Position numbers and translations under genes: made by a program
Notes under the pieces: generated by a model
Seen by the model: the letters and a program-made list of their open reading frames with translations, nothing else
Told to the model about the DNA's origin: nothing
Database searches by the model: none
In this document: in pieces, positions 9,800 through 19,083 of the stretch
How positions within the stretch are numbered: position 1 is the stretch's first letter
Layout: the number at the start of each line of letters is the position of its first letter
Assembly: GCF_000247565.1 (NCBI RefSeq)
Contig: NC_016893.1
Location: 630,001 to 662,000 of the forward strand
DNA length: 32,000 bases
DNA from: Wigglesworthia glossinidia endosymbiont of Glossina morsitans morsitans (Yale colony)
GTDB taxonomy: Bacteria; Pseudomonadota; Gammaproteobacteria; Enterobacterales; Enterobacteriaceae
Reading direction: 5' to 3'

Positions 9800-10790
9800 A
9801 TATTTTTGTTATAGGAGAATGATAACCACATAATATTAGAATGATTTCGTTAAAAAAATGCCATACTAAAATTTTTTTTCCACTTTTTTTTAGAATAATT
9901 TCTAAAATTAACATTAAATTAATTATAGAATTCAATTGATTAATACTAATTTTTTCAGAAAAATCTAAAATTAATTTATAATTTTTTTGACATATTTTAT
10001 TATCATTTATATTAATTAAATTTTCTTTAATTTTTATAATATAAACAACTTTATTTTGTATTTTTCTTAAAATTATTAACGGATCAAAAATTTTTTGCAT
10101 TTTTATTTTACTCAAAATAAATATAGATAAATTAATATTTCTTTGAAAAACAACAGAGATTAGTTGATCTACTGTATATATTAATTCAGAATTAACTATT
10201 TTTTCTATTTTTGATAAATTTATTAATTGATCAGGAAAAAGTATGCTGAATTTTTCCAATAATTTTAATGCAGCATATGTATTTTTTTTAAAAATTTTAA
10301 ATAAAAAAATTTCGGAATCAACATCTATTGATATTTTTAATATTTGATTAAAATTTCTTACCCAAGAAGAAAATTTTTTCTGAGTATTAATATTACAATC
10401 TATTATTGTAGAACTATTTTTTATATTTTTAAACCAAACTTGATTCTTAATTAAATTAGTTATTTGATTTATACATATAGTAAGTATGTTACTTTGTTTT
10501 AATAAAGACGTTAGTATAGAAAGATTTTGATGCATATCAATAGTTATTTTTTCCGGAAAGATAAGTAAAATGTGAATTTTAGCATTAAATAAATCAAAAT
10601 TATAAAATTTATTAAAAATATCAGTCCAATTTATATTGGAAGTGATATAAAACTTGTAATGAATAATTTTTTCAGTAGATCTTATATTAAATAAAATTTT
10701 TTGTATAATTTTTTCTAATAAAAAAAATTGATCTCCGACTAAAATATATAATTTTTTTTGATTTTTATTTTTTAATTTGATATTAAACAT
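9753..10790 (-). CDS. holA: DNA polymerase III delta subunit; start revised from 10838 to the ATG at 10790
   Basis: YILVGDQFFLLEKI, weak whole-length similarity to HolA, and position between nadD and lptE. An ATG at 10790 gives MFNIKLKNKNQKKLYILVGD, a more plausible N-terminus. Confidence 0.8.
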   Translation of the reverse strand: MFNIKLKNKNQKKLYILVGDQFFLLEKIIQKILFNIRSTEKIIHYKFYITSNINWTDIFNKFYNFDLFNAKIHILLIFPEKITIDMHQNLSILTSLLKQSNILTICINQITNLIKNQVWFKNIKNSSTIIDCNINTQKKFSSWVRNFNQILKISIDVDSEIFLFKIFKKNTYAALKLLEKFSILFPDQLINLSKIEKIVNSELIYTVDQLISVVFQRNINLSIFILSKIKMQKIFDPLIILRKIQNKVVYIIKIKENLININDNKICQKNYKLILDFSEKISINQLNSIINLMLILEIILKKSGKKILVWHFFNEIILILCGYHSPITKIYEKKINFNCFLRRYF

Positions 10791-10841
10791 TGAATTTATT
10801 AATATAATAAAGTAGATACAATTAATAAAATAATTCAAAAA

Positions 10842-11354
10842 TTAAGCAAAATTATTGCATCTTAAAAAAATGTATTTTTGTATTAAAACTTCTATAGCTT
10901 CGCTATAAATTTCCGCGATAAAATTTATTTTTTCCTGATATTTTTCTAAAGGAGAAATATCTTGATCAAAATAGATACGGGATATAGTGACGTTGACCGG
11001 AATATTTTGATGCATACTAAAGCGCAACTCTGCTTTAATATTAAAAATTATTTGATATTCTAAGAGCTTATATAAATTAGAAAACTCTATTTTTTTTATT
11101 ATCTCTGAAGTGCTAATAATATTTAATAGAGGAATTTTATTTTTTTCTGAATTAGCATTTATTAATTGAATATTATAAGATCTAAATGCATTATAAGCAG
11201 TTAAATATTGGATGTTGCATGTATTAATGCATTTAAAATATAATGCGTGCATATTATAATTCTTACAAAATTTTATTTTATCAAAACTAACGCAGCTATA
11301 CAGAACAGCCGGAACTAATATAGTTAATATTAATTTTTTAATAAAATTATTCAT
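10842..11354 (-). CDS. lptE: LPS-assembly lipoprotein LptE
   Basis: Short lipoprotein with signal peptide and LYSC lipobox, in the conserved holA-lptE-leuS position; sequence otherwise highly diverged. Confidence 0.78.
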   Translation of the reverse strand: MNNFIKKLILTILVPAVLYSCVSFDKIKFCKNYNMHALYFKCINTCNIQYLTAYNAFRSYNIQLINANSEKNKIPLLNIISTSEIIKKIEFSNLYKLLEYQIIFNIKAELRFSMHQNIPVNVTISRIYFDQDISPLEKYQEKINFIAEIYSEAIEVLIQKYIFLRCNNFA

Positions 11355-13956
11355 TCAATACAAAATTAATCAATTTATTTTTAATATAGATAATTTTTTT
11401 TATTTTTTTATTTTTTAAAGAATTTTTTATTATTATACTTTTAAAAATTTTCTCTTTAATATATTTTTCATTACTTTTAAATTTAAATATCATAACTTTT
11501 TTAAATTTTCCATTAACTTGAACAATAATTTTTTTTTTCTTTTTTATAACATCAGAGTTTATTTTTGGCCATTCAGCATAATCAATATCTTTAGAACCTT
11601 TTAATTCACGCCATAATATGAAACATACATGAGGTGTAAATGGATAAAGTAAGCGTATAATAATCATAAGAATTTTTTTTGTTATTGATCGATTACATTT
11701 ATTATTTTTAATAGCATTACGTAAGTAATTTGTAAGTTTCATAATTAATGCAACTACAGTATTAAATTTATATTTGTTTTCAAAATTTTCAGTAATTTTT
11801 ATAATAATTTTTTGAGTTTGAAGTATTAAATTTGAAGATTCATGATTATTTTCAGAAGTTTCTTTTAATTTATTATTTTTATTTTTTTCGACATAATCAA
11901 AAGTCATATTCCAAATTTTTTTAATAAATCGATAAGCTCCTTGAATTCCTTTTTCTGTCCATTCTAACGAAGCCTCTGGTGGCGCCGCAAATACAATAAA
12001 TAAACGTAATGTATCTGCGCCATATTTACGAATGATATTATTTGGATGCACACCGTTATTTTTTGATTTAGACATTTTATGCATTCCAGTATGAATAAGC
12101 TTATGCCCTAAAGAATCTACAGCGTTTACAATTTGATTATTTTCATTTCTTTTAAAATTATTATTTACTGGAGTAGTCCAAATTTGGCTTCCCGAGCTAG
12201 AGATATAATAAAATGTATCTGACAATACCATACCTTGGCATAATAATTTTTTTATTGGTTCATTTGAATTTACTAAATTCATATCTTTAAATAATTTATG
12301 ATAAAATCTTAAATACAAAAGATGCATGGTCGCGTGTTCTACGCCTCCTATGTATAAATCTACTGGTAACCAGTAGTTCACAGCATTAGTATTTAACATA
12401 CCGTGTATGTAATGAGGACAAGTATAACGATATAAGTACCAAGAAGATTGTATAAAAGTATCAAATGTATCCGTTTCTCTTGTAAATCGATTTTTTTTGT
12501 AATAAATATTAATCCAATTAGCATAATTTTTTAAAGAATCAACTAATTGATCAGTATTCTTTTCTGGAAGAATGACTGGTAATTCATTTTCAGATACAGT
12601 AAAAATCTCGTTTTTATTATTTTTAATTATAGGAATTGGCGCTCCCCAATATCTTTGTCTGGAAATACACCAATCTTTTAATCTATAATGAATAATATTT
12701 TTTCCTATATGATTTGAAATTAAAAATTGAGATATTTTTTTACTTCCATCACAAAATTTTAATCCATTAAATTGCCCTGAATTACATAAAGTACTAGTCT
12801 GCATCAATTTTTTCTGTTTAAAATTAATGAAATTACCTTTACTATCTTTTAGTACATGTAGTATTGGTAAATTGTATTTTTTAGCAAAATCCCATTGGTC
12901 TTTAGAATATACAGGAACAGATAATATGGCATTATTAGAAGAATCCGGTATAAAAAAGAAATTACAGATCCATATCGGTAGTTTTTTTTGAGATATAGGA
13001 TGAATTGCAAATAAAGATGTAAAAATTCCTTTTTGATGATTCTGTTTAATATTTGTTTCAGAATTTTTTTCTGTTTGACATTTATGTATAAATGTATATA
13101 AATCATAATTTGAGCTTTTTACTGATTTTAACAGTATATGATCAGAAGAAATTATTACAAACGTTCCTCCCATAAAAGTAGCTATGTTATTTATATAGAT
13201 TTTAATTTTTTTACTGTAATTGTAAATTGATAATTCAACTTCTATGCCTTTTGATTTGCCAATCCAATTTTTTTGCATTATTTTAACTTTTTTTGGCCAA
13301 TTTTCTAACGTTTGAATATCATTTAATAATCTATCTGCATAATTAGTAATTTTTATAAACCATTGTGGAATTATTTTTTTTTTAATTCGAGAATTACAGC
13401 GCCAACACGAATTATTAATAACTTGTTCATTAGCCAATACTGTTTGATCTTTTGAGCACCAATTAACTGTAGATTTTTTTTTATACGCTATATTTTTATT
13501 ATACAGTTGAATGAAAAACCATTGATCCCAACGATAATAGTTAGGATGACATGTAATAATTTCTCGATTCCAATCATAACTGCATCCTAAAGATTTGAGT
13601 TGTTGTTTCATATTTTGAATACATTGCAAAGTCCATTTTTCAGGAGAAGTATTATTTTTTATTGCTGCATGTTCAGCAGGTAAACCAAAAGCGTCCCATC
13701 CAATTGGGTGTAGTACATTTTTTCCAAGCATTCTTTGGTATCTTGCGACGGCATCTCCTAAAATGTAATTTCTGACATGACCCATATGCAAATCTCCGGA
13801 TGGATATGGCAACATAGATAAACAGTAATATTTTTCTTTTTCAGAGTTTTCAGTCACTTCAAAAGTTTTTTTTTCTTCCCAATATTTTTGTACAAAATTT
13901 TCTATTTTTTTATGATTATAATCTTTTTGCATAACAAATGGAGTCCTATAACTCAA
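11347..13956 (-). CDS. leuS: Leucyl-tRNA synthetase (editing domain appears degenerate)
   Basis: PYPSGDLHMGHVRNY (HIGH), HKMSKSKNNG (KMSKS), WCISRQRYWGAPIP, GGVEHATMHLLYLRF. Confidence 0.97.
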   Translation of the reverse strand: MSYRTPFVMQKDYNHKKIENFVQKYWEEKKTFEVTENSEKEKYYCLSMLPYPSGDLHMGHVRNYILGDAVARYQRMLGKNVLHPIGWDAFGLPAEHAAIKNNTSPEKWTLQCIQNMKQQLKSLGCSYDWNREIITCHPNYYRWDQWFFIQLYNKNIAYKKKSTVNWCSKDQTVLANEQVINNSCWRCNSRIKKKIIPQWFIKITNYADRLLNDIQTLENWPKKVKIMQKNWIGKSKGIEVELSIYNYSKKIKIYINNIATFMGGTFVIISSDHILLKSVKSSNYDLYTFIHKCQTEKNSETNIKQNHQKGIFTSLFAIHPISQKKLPIWICNFFFIPDSSNNAILSVPVYSKDQWDFAKKYNLPILHVLKDSKGNFINFKQKKLMQTSTLCNSGQFNGLKFCDGSKKISQFLISNHIGKNIIHYRLKDWCISRQRYWGAPIPIIKNNKNEIFTVSENELPVILPEKNTDQLVDSLKNYANWINIYYKKNRFTRETDTFDTFIQSSWYLYRYTCPHYIHGMLNTNAVNYWLPVDLYIGGVEHATMHLLYLRFYHKLFKDMNLVNSNEPIKKLLCQGMVLSDTFYYISSSGSQIWTTPVNNNFKRNENNQIVNAVDSLGHKLIHTGMHKMSKSKNNGVHPNNIIRKYGADTLRLFIVFAAPPEASLEWTEKGIQGAYRFIKKIWNMTFDYVEKNKNNKLKETSENNHESSNLILQTQKIIIKITENFENKYKFNTVVALIMKLTNYLRNAIKNNKCNRSITKKILMIIIRLLYPFTPHVCFILWRELKGSKDIDYAEWPKINSDVIKKKKKIIVQVNGKFKKVMIFKFKSNEKYIKEKIFKSIIIKNSLKNKKIKKIIYIKNKLINFVLNE

Positions 13957-14368
13957 TTTGAAAAAGTTATTGATTTTTTATTGTCTTAATAAGAATTTTT
14001 GTTTTACATAAACAAGATGTGATAAAATTTGAAAATTAAAAAATTTTTATATTAACTGTATATTGTTTATTATTCGTACAATTATTTTCAAATTTTTACT
14101 TCAAATTTTTTCTTAAAATTTAATTTTAAAACAATTTATATAAATTATATTAATAATATTTTAAAACAAAATCAATTATAAAACTGTTATATTTTATATA
14201 TTAATTTAATTTTACAATTATTGAAAAATTTTAAAAAGTATATAATTAATTCTTTTTTGAATTTAAAATATATTTTTATAAGTTTTTTTAATAAAAATTA
14301 AATATAATATTTATTAAATAATAAAGTAAAATTTATATAAATTAATCTATGTTAATTGAATTATTAAA

Positions 14369-15097
14369 ATGCATATTTTTAGAATATATCACTCACAAGA
14401 ATTAAGTTTAAATAAAACTATTATTATATCTGATCAATCTATGAATTATTTAAAAAATGTTTTAAGAATGAAATTAGGAAATTTAATAAAATTATTTAAT
14501 AACAAAAATCAAGAATATCTCGGAAAAATCGTAAAATTTGATAATAAAAAAATATATATTTGTTTAACAAAAAAAATACATAGTAATGTTGAATCTCCTT
14601 TAAAAATATATTTGGGACAATCAATTTGTAATAGAACGAGCATGGAGTATATTTTTCAAAAATCTGTAGAATTGGGTGTATATGAAATTACACCTTTATT
14701 TTCAGAACATTGTTACATAAATGGTAATCATTATCAAATAAAAAATAAAATGAAACGTTGGAAAACGATAGTTATTCATGCTTCGCAACAATGCGGTCGA
14801 AAATCTTTGTTAAAGATTAACTGTCCTATGTCAATGTTAGAATGGTGTAAGAAAAAAAATAACATCTTAAGCATTTACACTGATCTTCGATCAAAAAATA
14901 AAATGAACGATATTCGTAGTCATTATAATCAAGCAAGATTATTAGTAGGTCCAGAAGGAGGATTCTCTAAATACGAAAATGCATATCTTATGAAAAACAA
15001 TTTTTATAAAATCAGAATAGGCCCAAGAACTTTACGAGTAGAAACTAGTGTATTATCTGCAATTGCTTTATTACAAATGCGTTTTGGTGATTTTTAA
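14369..15097 (+). CDS. rsmE: 16S rRNA (uracil1498-N3)-methyltransferase
   Basis: QKSVELGVYEITPLFSEH, GPEGGFSKYE and GPRTLRVETSVLSAIALLQ motifs; followed by gshB. Confidence 0.93.
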   Translation: MHIFRIYHSQELSLNKTIIISDQSMNYLKNVLRMKLGNLIKLFNNKNQEYLGKIVKFDNKKIYICLTKKIHSNVESPLKIYLGQSICNRTSMEYIFQKSVELGVYEITPLFSEHCYINGNHYQIKNKMKRWKTIVIHASQQCGRKSLLKINCPMSMLEWCKKKNNILSIYTDLRSKNKMNDIRSHYNQARLLVGPEGGFSKYENAYLMKNNFYKIRIGPRTLRVETSVLSAIALLQMRFGDF

Positions 15098-15118
15098 TAA
15101 TAATATAGGAGCGAAATT

Positions 15119-16069
15119 TTGATTAAATTAGGAATTATTATGGATCCAATACAATCTATTCAGATCAAAAAAGATACAAGTTTTGCAATTATGTTAGAAG
15201 CGCAAAAAAGGAATTATATTCTATATTATATGGAAGTTAAAGATATTTATTATAGTAAAAGTGAAGTTTATGGAAATACAAAAATAATTTCTGTTCAAAA
15301 AAATCCAAAAAAATGGTATCAATTCAGTCATAAGAACACTATTAATTTAAAATCTTTGGATGTTATTTTAATGAGAAAAGATCCGCCGTTTGATTTACAG
15401 TTTGTTTATATAACATATATACTGGAATATTTGCACAAAAGTAAAGTTTTAATTATTAACAATCCTAAAAGTTTAAGAGATTACAATGAAAAAATGTCTG
15501 TTTTATCTTTTCAAGATGCTCCTAAAACACTAATTAGCTGTAACAAAAAATCTATTTGTTTGTTTCAAGAAGAAGTTGGAGATATAATTTTAAAACCTTT
15601 AAATAACATGGGAGGATCTTCTGTATTTTATGTAAAAAAAAACGATTTTAATACTTCAGTAATTATTGATACTTTAACTAACTATCAAAATAGTTTTTGT
15701 ATGATACAAAAATATATTCCAGAAATTATTTATGGCGATAGAAGAATTATTATTATTAATGGTATTCCTGTGCCTTATTGTTTAGTGCGTATTCCAGGAT
15801 ATGGAGAAATTAGAGGAAATTTAGCAGCTGGCGCAATTTTTAAAGTAGAATTATTAAGAAAAAGAGACTATGAAATTACATACAATATTAGTTCATTTTT
15901 AAAAAAATCAGGATTAATTTTTGTCGGTATAGATATAATCGGAAATTATTTAACAGAAATCAATATTACTAGTCCTACTGGAGTTCAAGAAATAGAATCT
16001 GTTTATCCAGTTTCAATTACTGGAATATTATTAGATAACATTGAAAAAATTTTAAATAAAAAAATGTAA
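15119..16069 (+). CDS. gshB: Glutathione synthetase
   Basis: MIKLGIIMDPIQSIQIKKDTSFAIMLEAQKRNY and ITSPTGVQEIE; TTG start codon at 15119 preceded by AGGAGCG. Confidence 0.95.
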   Translation: MIKLGIIMDPIQSIQIKKDTSFAIMLEAQKRNYILYYMEVKDIYYSKSEVYGNTKIISVQKNPKKWYQFSHKNTINLKSLDVILMRKDPPFDLQFVYITYILEYLHKSKVLIINNPKSLRDYNEKMSVLSFQDAPKTLISCNKKSICLFQEEVGDIILKPLNNMGGSSVFYVKKNDFNTSVIIDTLTNYQNSFCMIQKYIPEIIYGDRRIIIINGIPVPYCLVRIPGYGEIRGNLAAGAIFKVELLRKRDYEITYNISSFLKKSGLIFVGIDIIGNYLTEINITSPTGVQEIESVYPVSITGILLDNIEKILNKKM

Positions 16070-16259
16070 TAATTTTTGATATTTTTAAAAAATTACTGTA
16101 GAGTACACAATATCTCTATAATCTAAATAAAATTTTTTGATAAAAATTTAATTAAAACTTGATAAAGCTAATAATAAATTATATAAAATTAAATAAACAT
16201 GTTAATCAAAAAAAATTTTTAATCTCACAACAAATATATATTCATCAAAGGTAAAAATA

Positions 16260-16679
16260 ATTAAAAATATTTTTTTAATAGGATTTGATTTTGGTACTGA
16301 AAATATCGGTGTAGCTATCGGTCAGACAATTACTTGTACGTCTAAACCGCTAAGTTGTATAAAATCTATCCGTGGAATTCCAAATTGGAAAAAAATTTCA
16401 GAAATTTTTCAAATATGGCATCCAAACGCTATCGTTGTCGGACTACCGCTGAATATGGATGGAAGTACACAAAAAATTACAATTTATGCAAAAAAATTTG
16501 CACAAGAACTAAGAAAAAAGTTTATCATACCAGTCAATATGCAAGACGAACGTCTTACTACAATAGAAGCAAAATCTATACTATTTAATGTTCAAGGATA
16601 TCGAGGATTGAAAAAAAAACTCATAAATTCGCAATCTGCCGCTATTATTTTAAATAGTTGGATGCAAAACATGAATTGA
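16260..16679 (+). CDS. ruvX: Putative pre-16S rRNA nuclease / Holliday junction resolvase YqgF, apparently with a non-canonical ATT or ATA start; the ORF track begins at the internal ATG 16455
   Basis: One continuous frame: IKNIFLIGFDFGTENIGVAIGQTITCTSKPLSCIKSIRGIPNWKKISEIFQIWHPNAIVVGLPLNMDGSTQKITIYAKKFAQELRKKFIIPVNMQDERLTTIEAKSILF. It has AAAGG at 16247-16251 and lies downstream of gshB as in E. coli. Confidence 0.88.
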   Translation: MKNIFLIGFDFGTENIGVAIGQTITCTSKPLSCIKSIRGIPNWKKISEIFQIWHPNAIVVGLPLNMDGSTQKITIYAKKFAQELRKKFIIPVNMQDERLTTIEAKSILFNVQGYRGLKKKLINSQSAAIILNSWMQNMN

Positions 16680-16754
16680 ATTGTTTAATTTAAATTAAAA
16701 TTAATCAATCTTAAAGATAAACATTTTTATATCAATATAATTTTTCTAAATAAC

Positions 16755-17377
16755 ATGAATGCTTATTTTTATATTAAATTTTTATTAAGTGCAAATAACA
16801 TTTCTGATCTTCCACAAGACAACGGATGTGAAATTGCTATTTTTGGACGTTCTAATGCTGGAAAATCAAAAGCATTAAATATTTTATTTAAAAATAATAA
16901 ATTGTCTAAAAGCAGTAAAATACCAGGAAAAACAATGTTTTTAAATGTATTTAAATTAAATAACAAATTAAGAATTATTGATCTTCCAGGATTCGGGTAT
17001 GCTAATGTATCAAAAAAAAATAAATTAAACATTGCATGTTTAATAAAACAATATTTTAGATTGCGTCAATCATTAAAAATTTTAATTTTTTTAGAAGATA
17101 TCAGGCGTTCTATATTAGATTTTGACGAAAAAATAATTCATTTAATTTTAAAAAAAAAATTCCTATTTTGTTTTTATTAAGTAAATCCGATAAAGTTTCT
17201 ACAAGTTATCGTCAATTTAAATTATTACAAGTTCAAAATTTTTTTAATTTACGCAAACACGAAATTTTTTCAGAATTTTTTTTAAGTACTTTTTCTTCTT
17301 TGAATCAAGATGGGGTAAACACTGTCAGAAAAAAAATAAATTTTTGGACAAAAACTAAGATTTTTAATACTGCTTAA
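16755..17377 (+). CDS. engB: Ribosome biogenesis GTPase EngB/YihA, frameshifted at an A10 tract (17150-17159) into track ORFs 16755..17180 and 17168..17377
   Basis: [12 protein letters not shown] (G1), [14 protein letters not shown] (G3) in the first ORF; LLSKSDK (G4) and [18 protein letters not shown] in the second. The junction aligns gap-free to E. coli YihA if one A is added. Confidence 0.9.
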
Positions 17378-17406
17378 TTTTTGTTAAAAAAAATAAGTAA
17401 CTAAAT

Positions 17407-19083
17407 TTAATATTTGAATAATATAAATCTGCCGTGTTCTACCGTATACTGTGGAACAGGGAGATATGGTGTTAATTCATTTAACGAACTTTTTGATGAT
17501 ATTAAAAATATTAATGCAACAGATTTATTTTTATTTTTATTTAACCAATTTTTAAAATTTTTTTTGGTTACAAATTTATTATTTAATTCGTTTAAATAAC
17601 TTAATCCATATTCTAATTCACCTTTGTTATCAATAATCATAATATCACTGCGATTCATTTCCCATGCAATTGTAGTTGCTACACCAATATTGTTTGCAAT
17701 AATTAATTCTGATTTTTTTAAATCATCTTTTATTTCGTTTAAAAAAACTTGCGGCTGTTTAGAATAAACAATTCGTTCAGGTACATAGAATCCAAATAAA
17801 ATAGCAATTCCAAAAATACTCATTGCAGTCCATTGCCAAATTTTTATTGCAAATAATTTTACCCAAACATTTATTGAGATCCAAATTAAAATACTAACTA
17901 CAAATAATATAAATTTTTTGTATTCTTGATAAGAGTACAATGAATATGGATAAATTTTAGGTATACAATATATAATACTAATTGAAAATAATATCATGCA
18001 ACCAAAAATAATGTTTGTTGTAGAGTTTATTTTTAATAGAATTAAGTTATTTTTTAATTTAGTAGAAAAAATATTTTTAGCAATTAAAATTGATATAGGA
18101 AAAAAGCAAGGTAAAATATAAGTTGGCAATTTGCCTTTAGAAAAGCTGAAAAATAAAAATTGTACTATAATCCAAACTAATAAATAAAAACTGATTTTAT
18201 CAAATTTTCTTGAAATCCATGATCTATACAACGATTTAAAAAGAAGTCCAAACCAAGGAAAAATACCAATAATTAAAACTGGAACATAGTACCATATCGG
18301 AAATTTATGTTGCGCATTGTCTCCTAAAAATCTTTGAATATGCTCGATAAAAATAAAATATCTAGCATAATCTTGTTCTTTAGAAAGAATATTATATATC
18401 CATGGAAACGAAATTAATATAGAAGATATTAATGGAATGAAGCTGTGGATCAAAATTGTTTTTGTATACTTTGGATTAAATTTTAACCATATTACAATAC
18501 TTAAAAATGGAATTACTAATGCAATAAATCCTTTTGTGATCAATCCTGTTCCGCAGGATATTCCAAATATTAAATAATAAAAAATACGATTTTTTTTTAC
18601 TGAAGATTTTATTGCCATCCAAAAAAATATCATAGATACATTAATCCAAAAAGATAAAATTGCATCTAATACAGAGTATGTTCCTATAATGTATACTAAT
18701 AAATTAGACAAAAATATTATTACTGCATTATAAGATATATTTTTATTATTCCATAAAGATTGAACAAAATAAAATAAAAAGATAGCAGATAAAATTGTAA
18801 AAAAAGTTGATCCGAATCGTACAGAGAAATTATTTTTTCCAAAAATTAATTGACTAATATTGTTCACCCAATAACCAAAAATTGGTTTTTCAAAATAACG
18901 TACATCTAATAAATGCGGAATACTCCAATTATGCTTTTCTAACATTTCTCTGCTAATTTCGGCATATCTAGTTTCGTCGGGTTGCCACAAATCACGATAA
19001 TTTAATGGAATTAAGTAATAAAAAAAAATTAAAATAATTATTATTTTTTGTGTTTTATTTTTTTTTATGTGCATGTTATACAT
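17407..19083 (-). CDS. arnT: Undecaprenyl phosphate-L-Ara4N transferase (lipid A glycosyltransferase)
   Basis: LWQPDETRYAEISREMLEKHNW, RYFEKPIFGYWVN and HIQRFLGDNAQHKFPIWYYVPVL are ArnT signatures. Confidence 0.96.
   Translation of the reverse strand: MYNMHIKKNKTQKIIIILIFFYYLIPLNYRDLWQPDETRYAEISREMLEKHNWSIPHLLDVRYFEKPIFGYWVNNISQLIFGKNNFSVRFGSTFFTILSAIFLFYFVQSLWNNKNISYNAVIIFLSNLLVYIIGTYSVLDAILSFWINVSMIFFWMAIKSSVKKNRIFYYLIFGISCGTGLITKGFIALVIPFLSIVIWLKFNPKYTKTILIHSFIPLISSILISFPWIYNILSKEQDYARYFIFIEHIQRFLGDNAQHKFPIWYYVPVLIIGIFPWFGLLFKSLYRSWISRKFDKISFYLLVWIIVQFLFFSFSKGKLPTYILPCFFPISILIAKNIFSTKLKNNLILLKINSTTNIIFGCMILFSISIIYCIPKIYPYSLYSYQEYKKFILFVVSILIWISINVWVKLFAIKIWQWTAMSIFGIAILFGFYVPERIVYSKQPQVFLNEIKDDLKKSELIIANNIGVATTIAWEMNRSDIMIIDNKGELEYGLSYLNELNNKFVTKKNFKNWLNKNKNKSVALIFLISSKSSLNELTPYLPVPQYTVEHGRFILFKY

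Noticed and set aside
12849-13106. 85-aa plus-strand ORF opposite leuS
   Set aside because: It is antisense to an intact well-supported gene; the Tyr/Leu/Ile/Lys-rich composition is typical of chance ORFs in AT-rich DNA.
13957-14368. Possible tRNA or small RNA gene in the leuS-rsmE spacer
   Set aside because: I found no T-loop GTTCGAATC-like sequence or cloverleaf, only A/T-rich low-complexity DNA. A tRNAscan-SE/Infernal run would be needed to exclude it formally.
16355-16588. 77-aa plus-strand ORF overlapping ruvX
   Set aside because: It is the wrong frame relative to the continuous YqgF similarity; the residues have no recognisable motif.
17168-17377. 69-aa ORF that could be read as an independent small gene
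   Set aside because: It starts at a TTG inside the engB homologous region and carries the EngB G4 motif and C-terminus, so it is the second half of engB.
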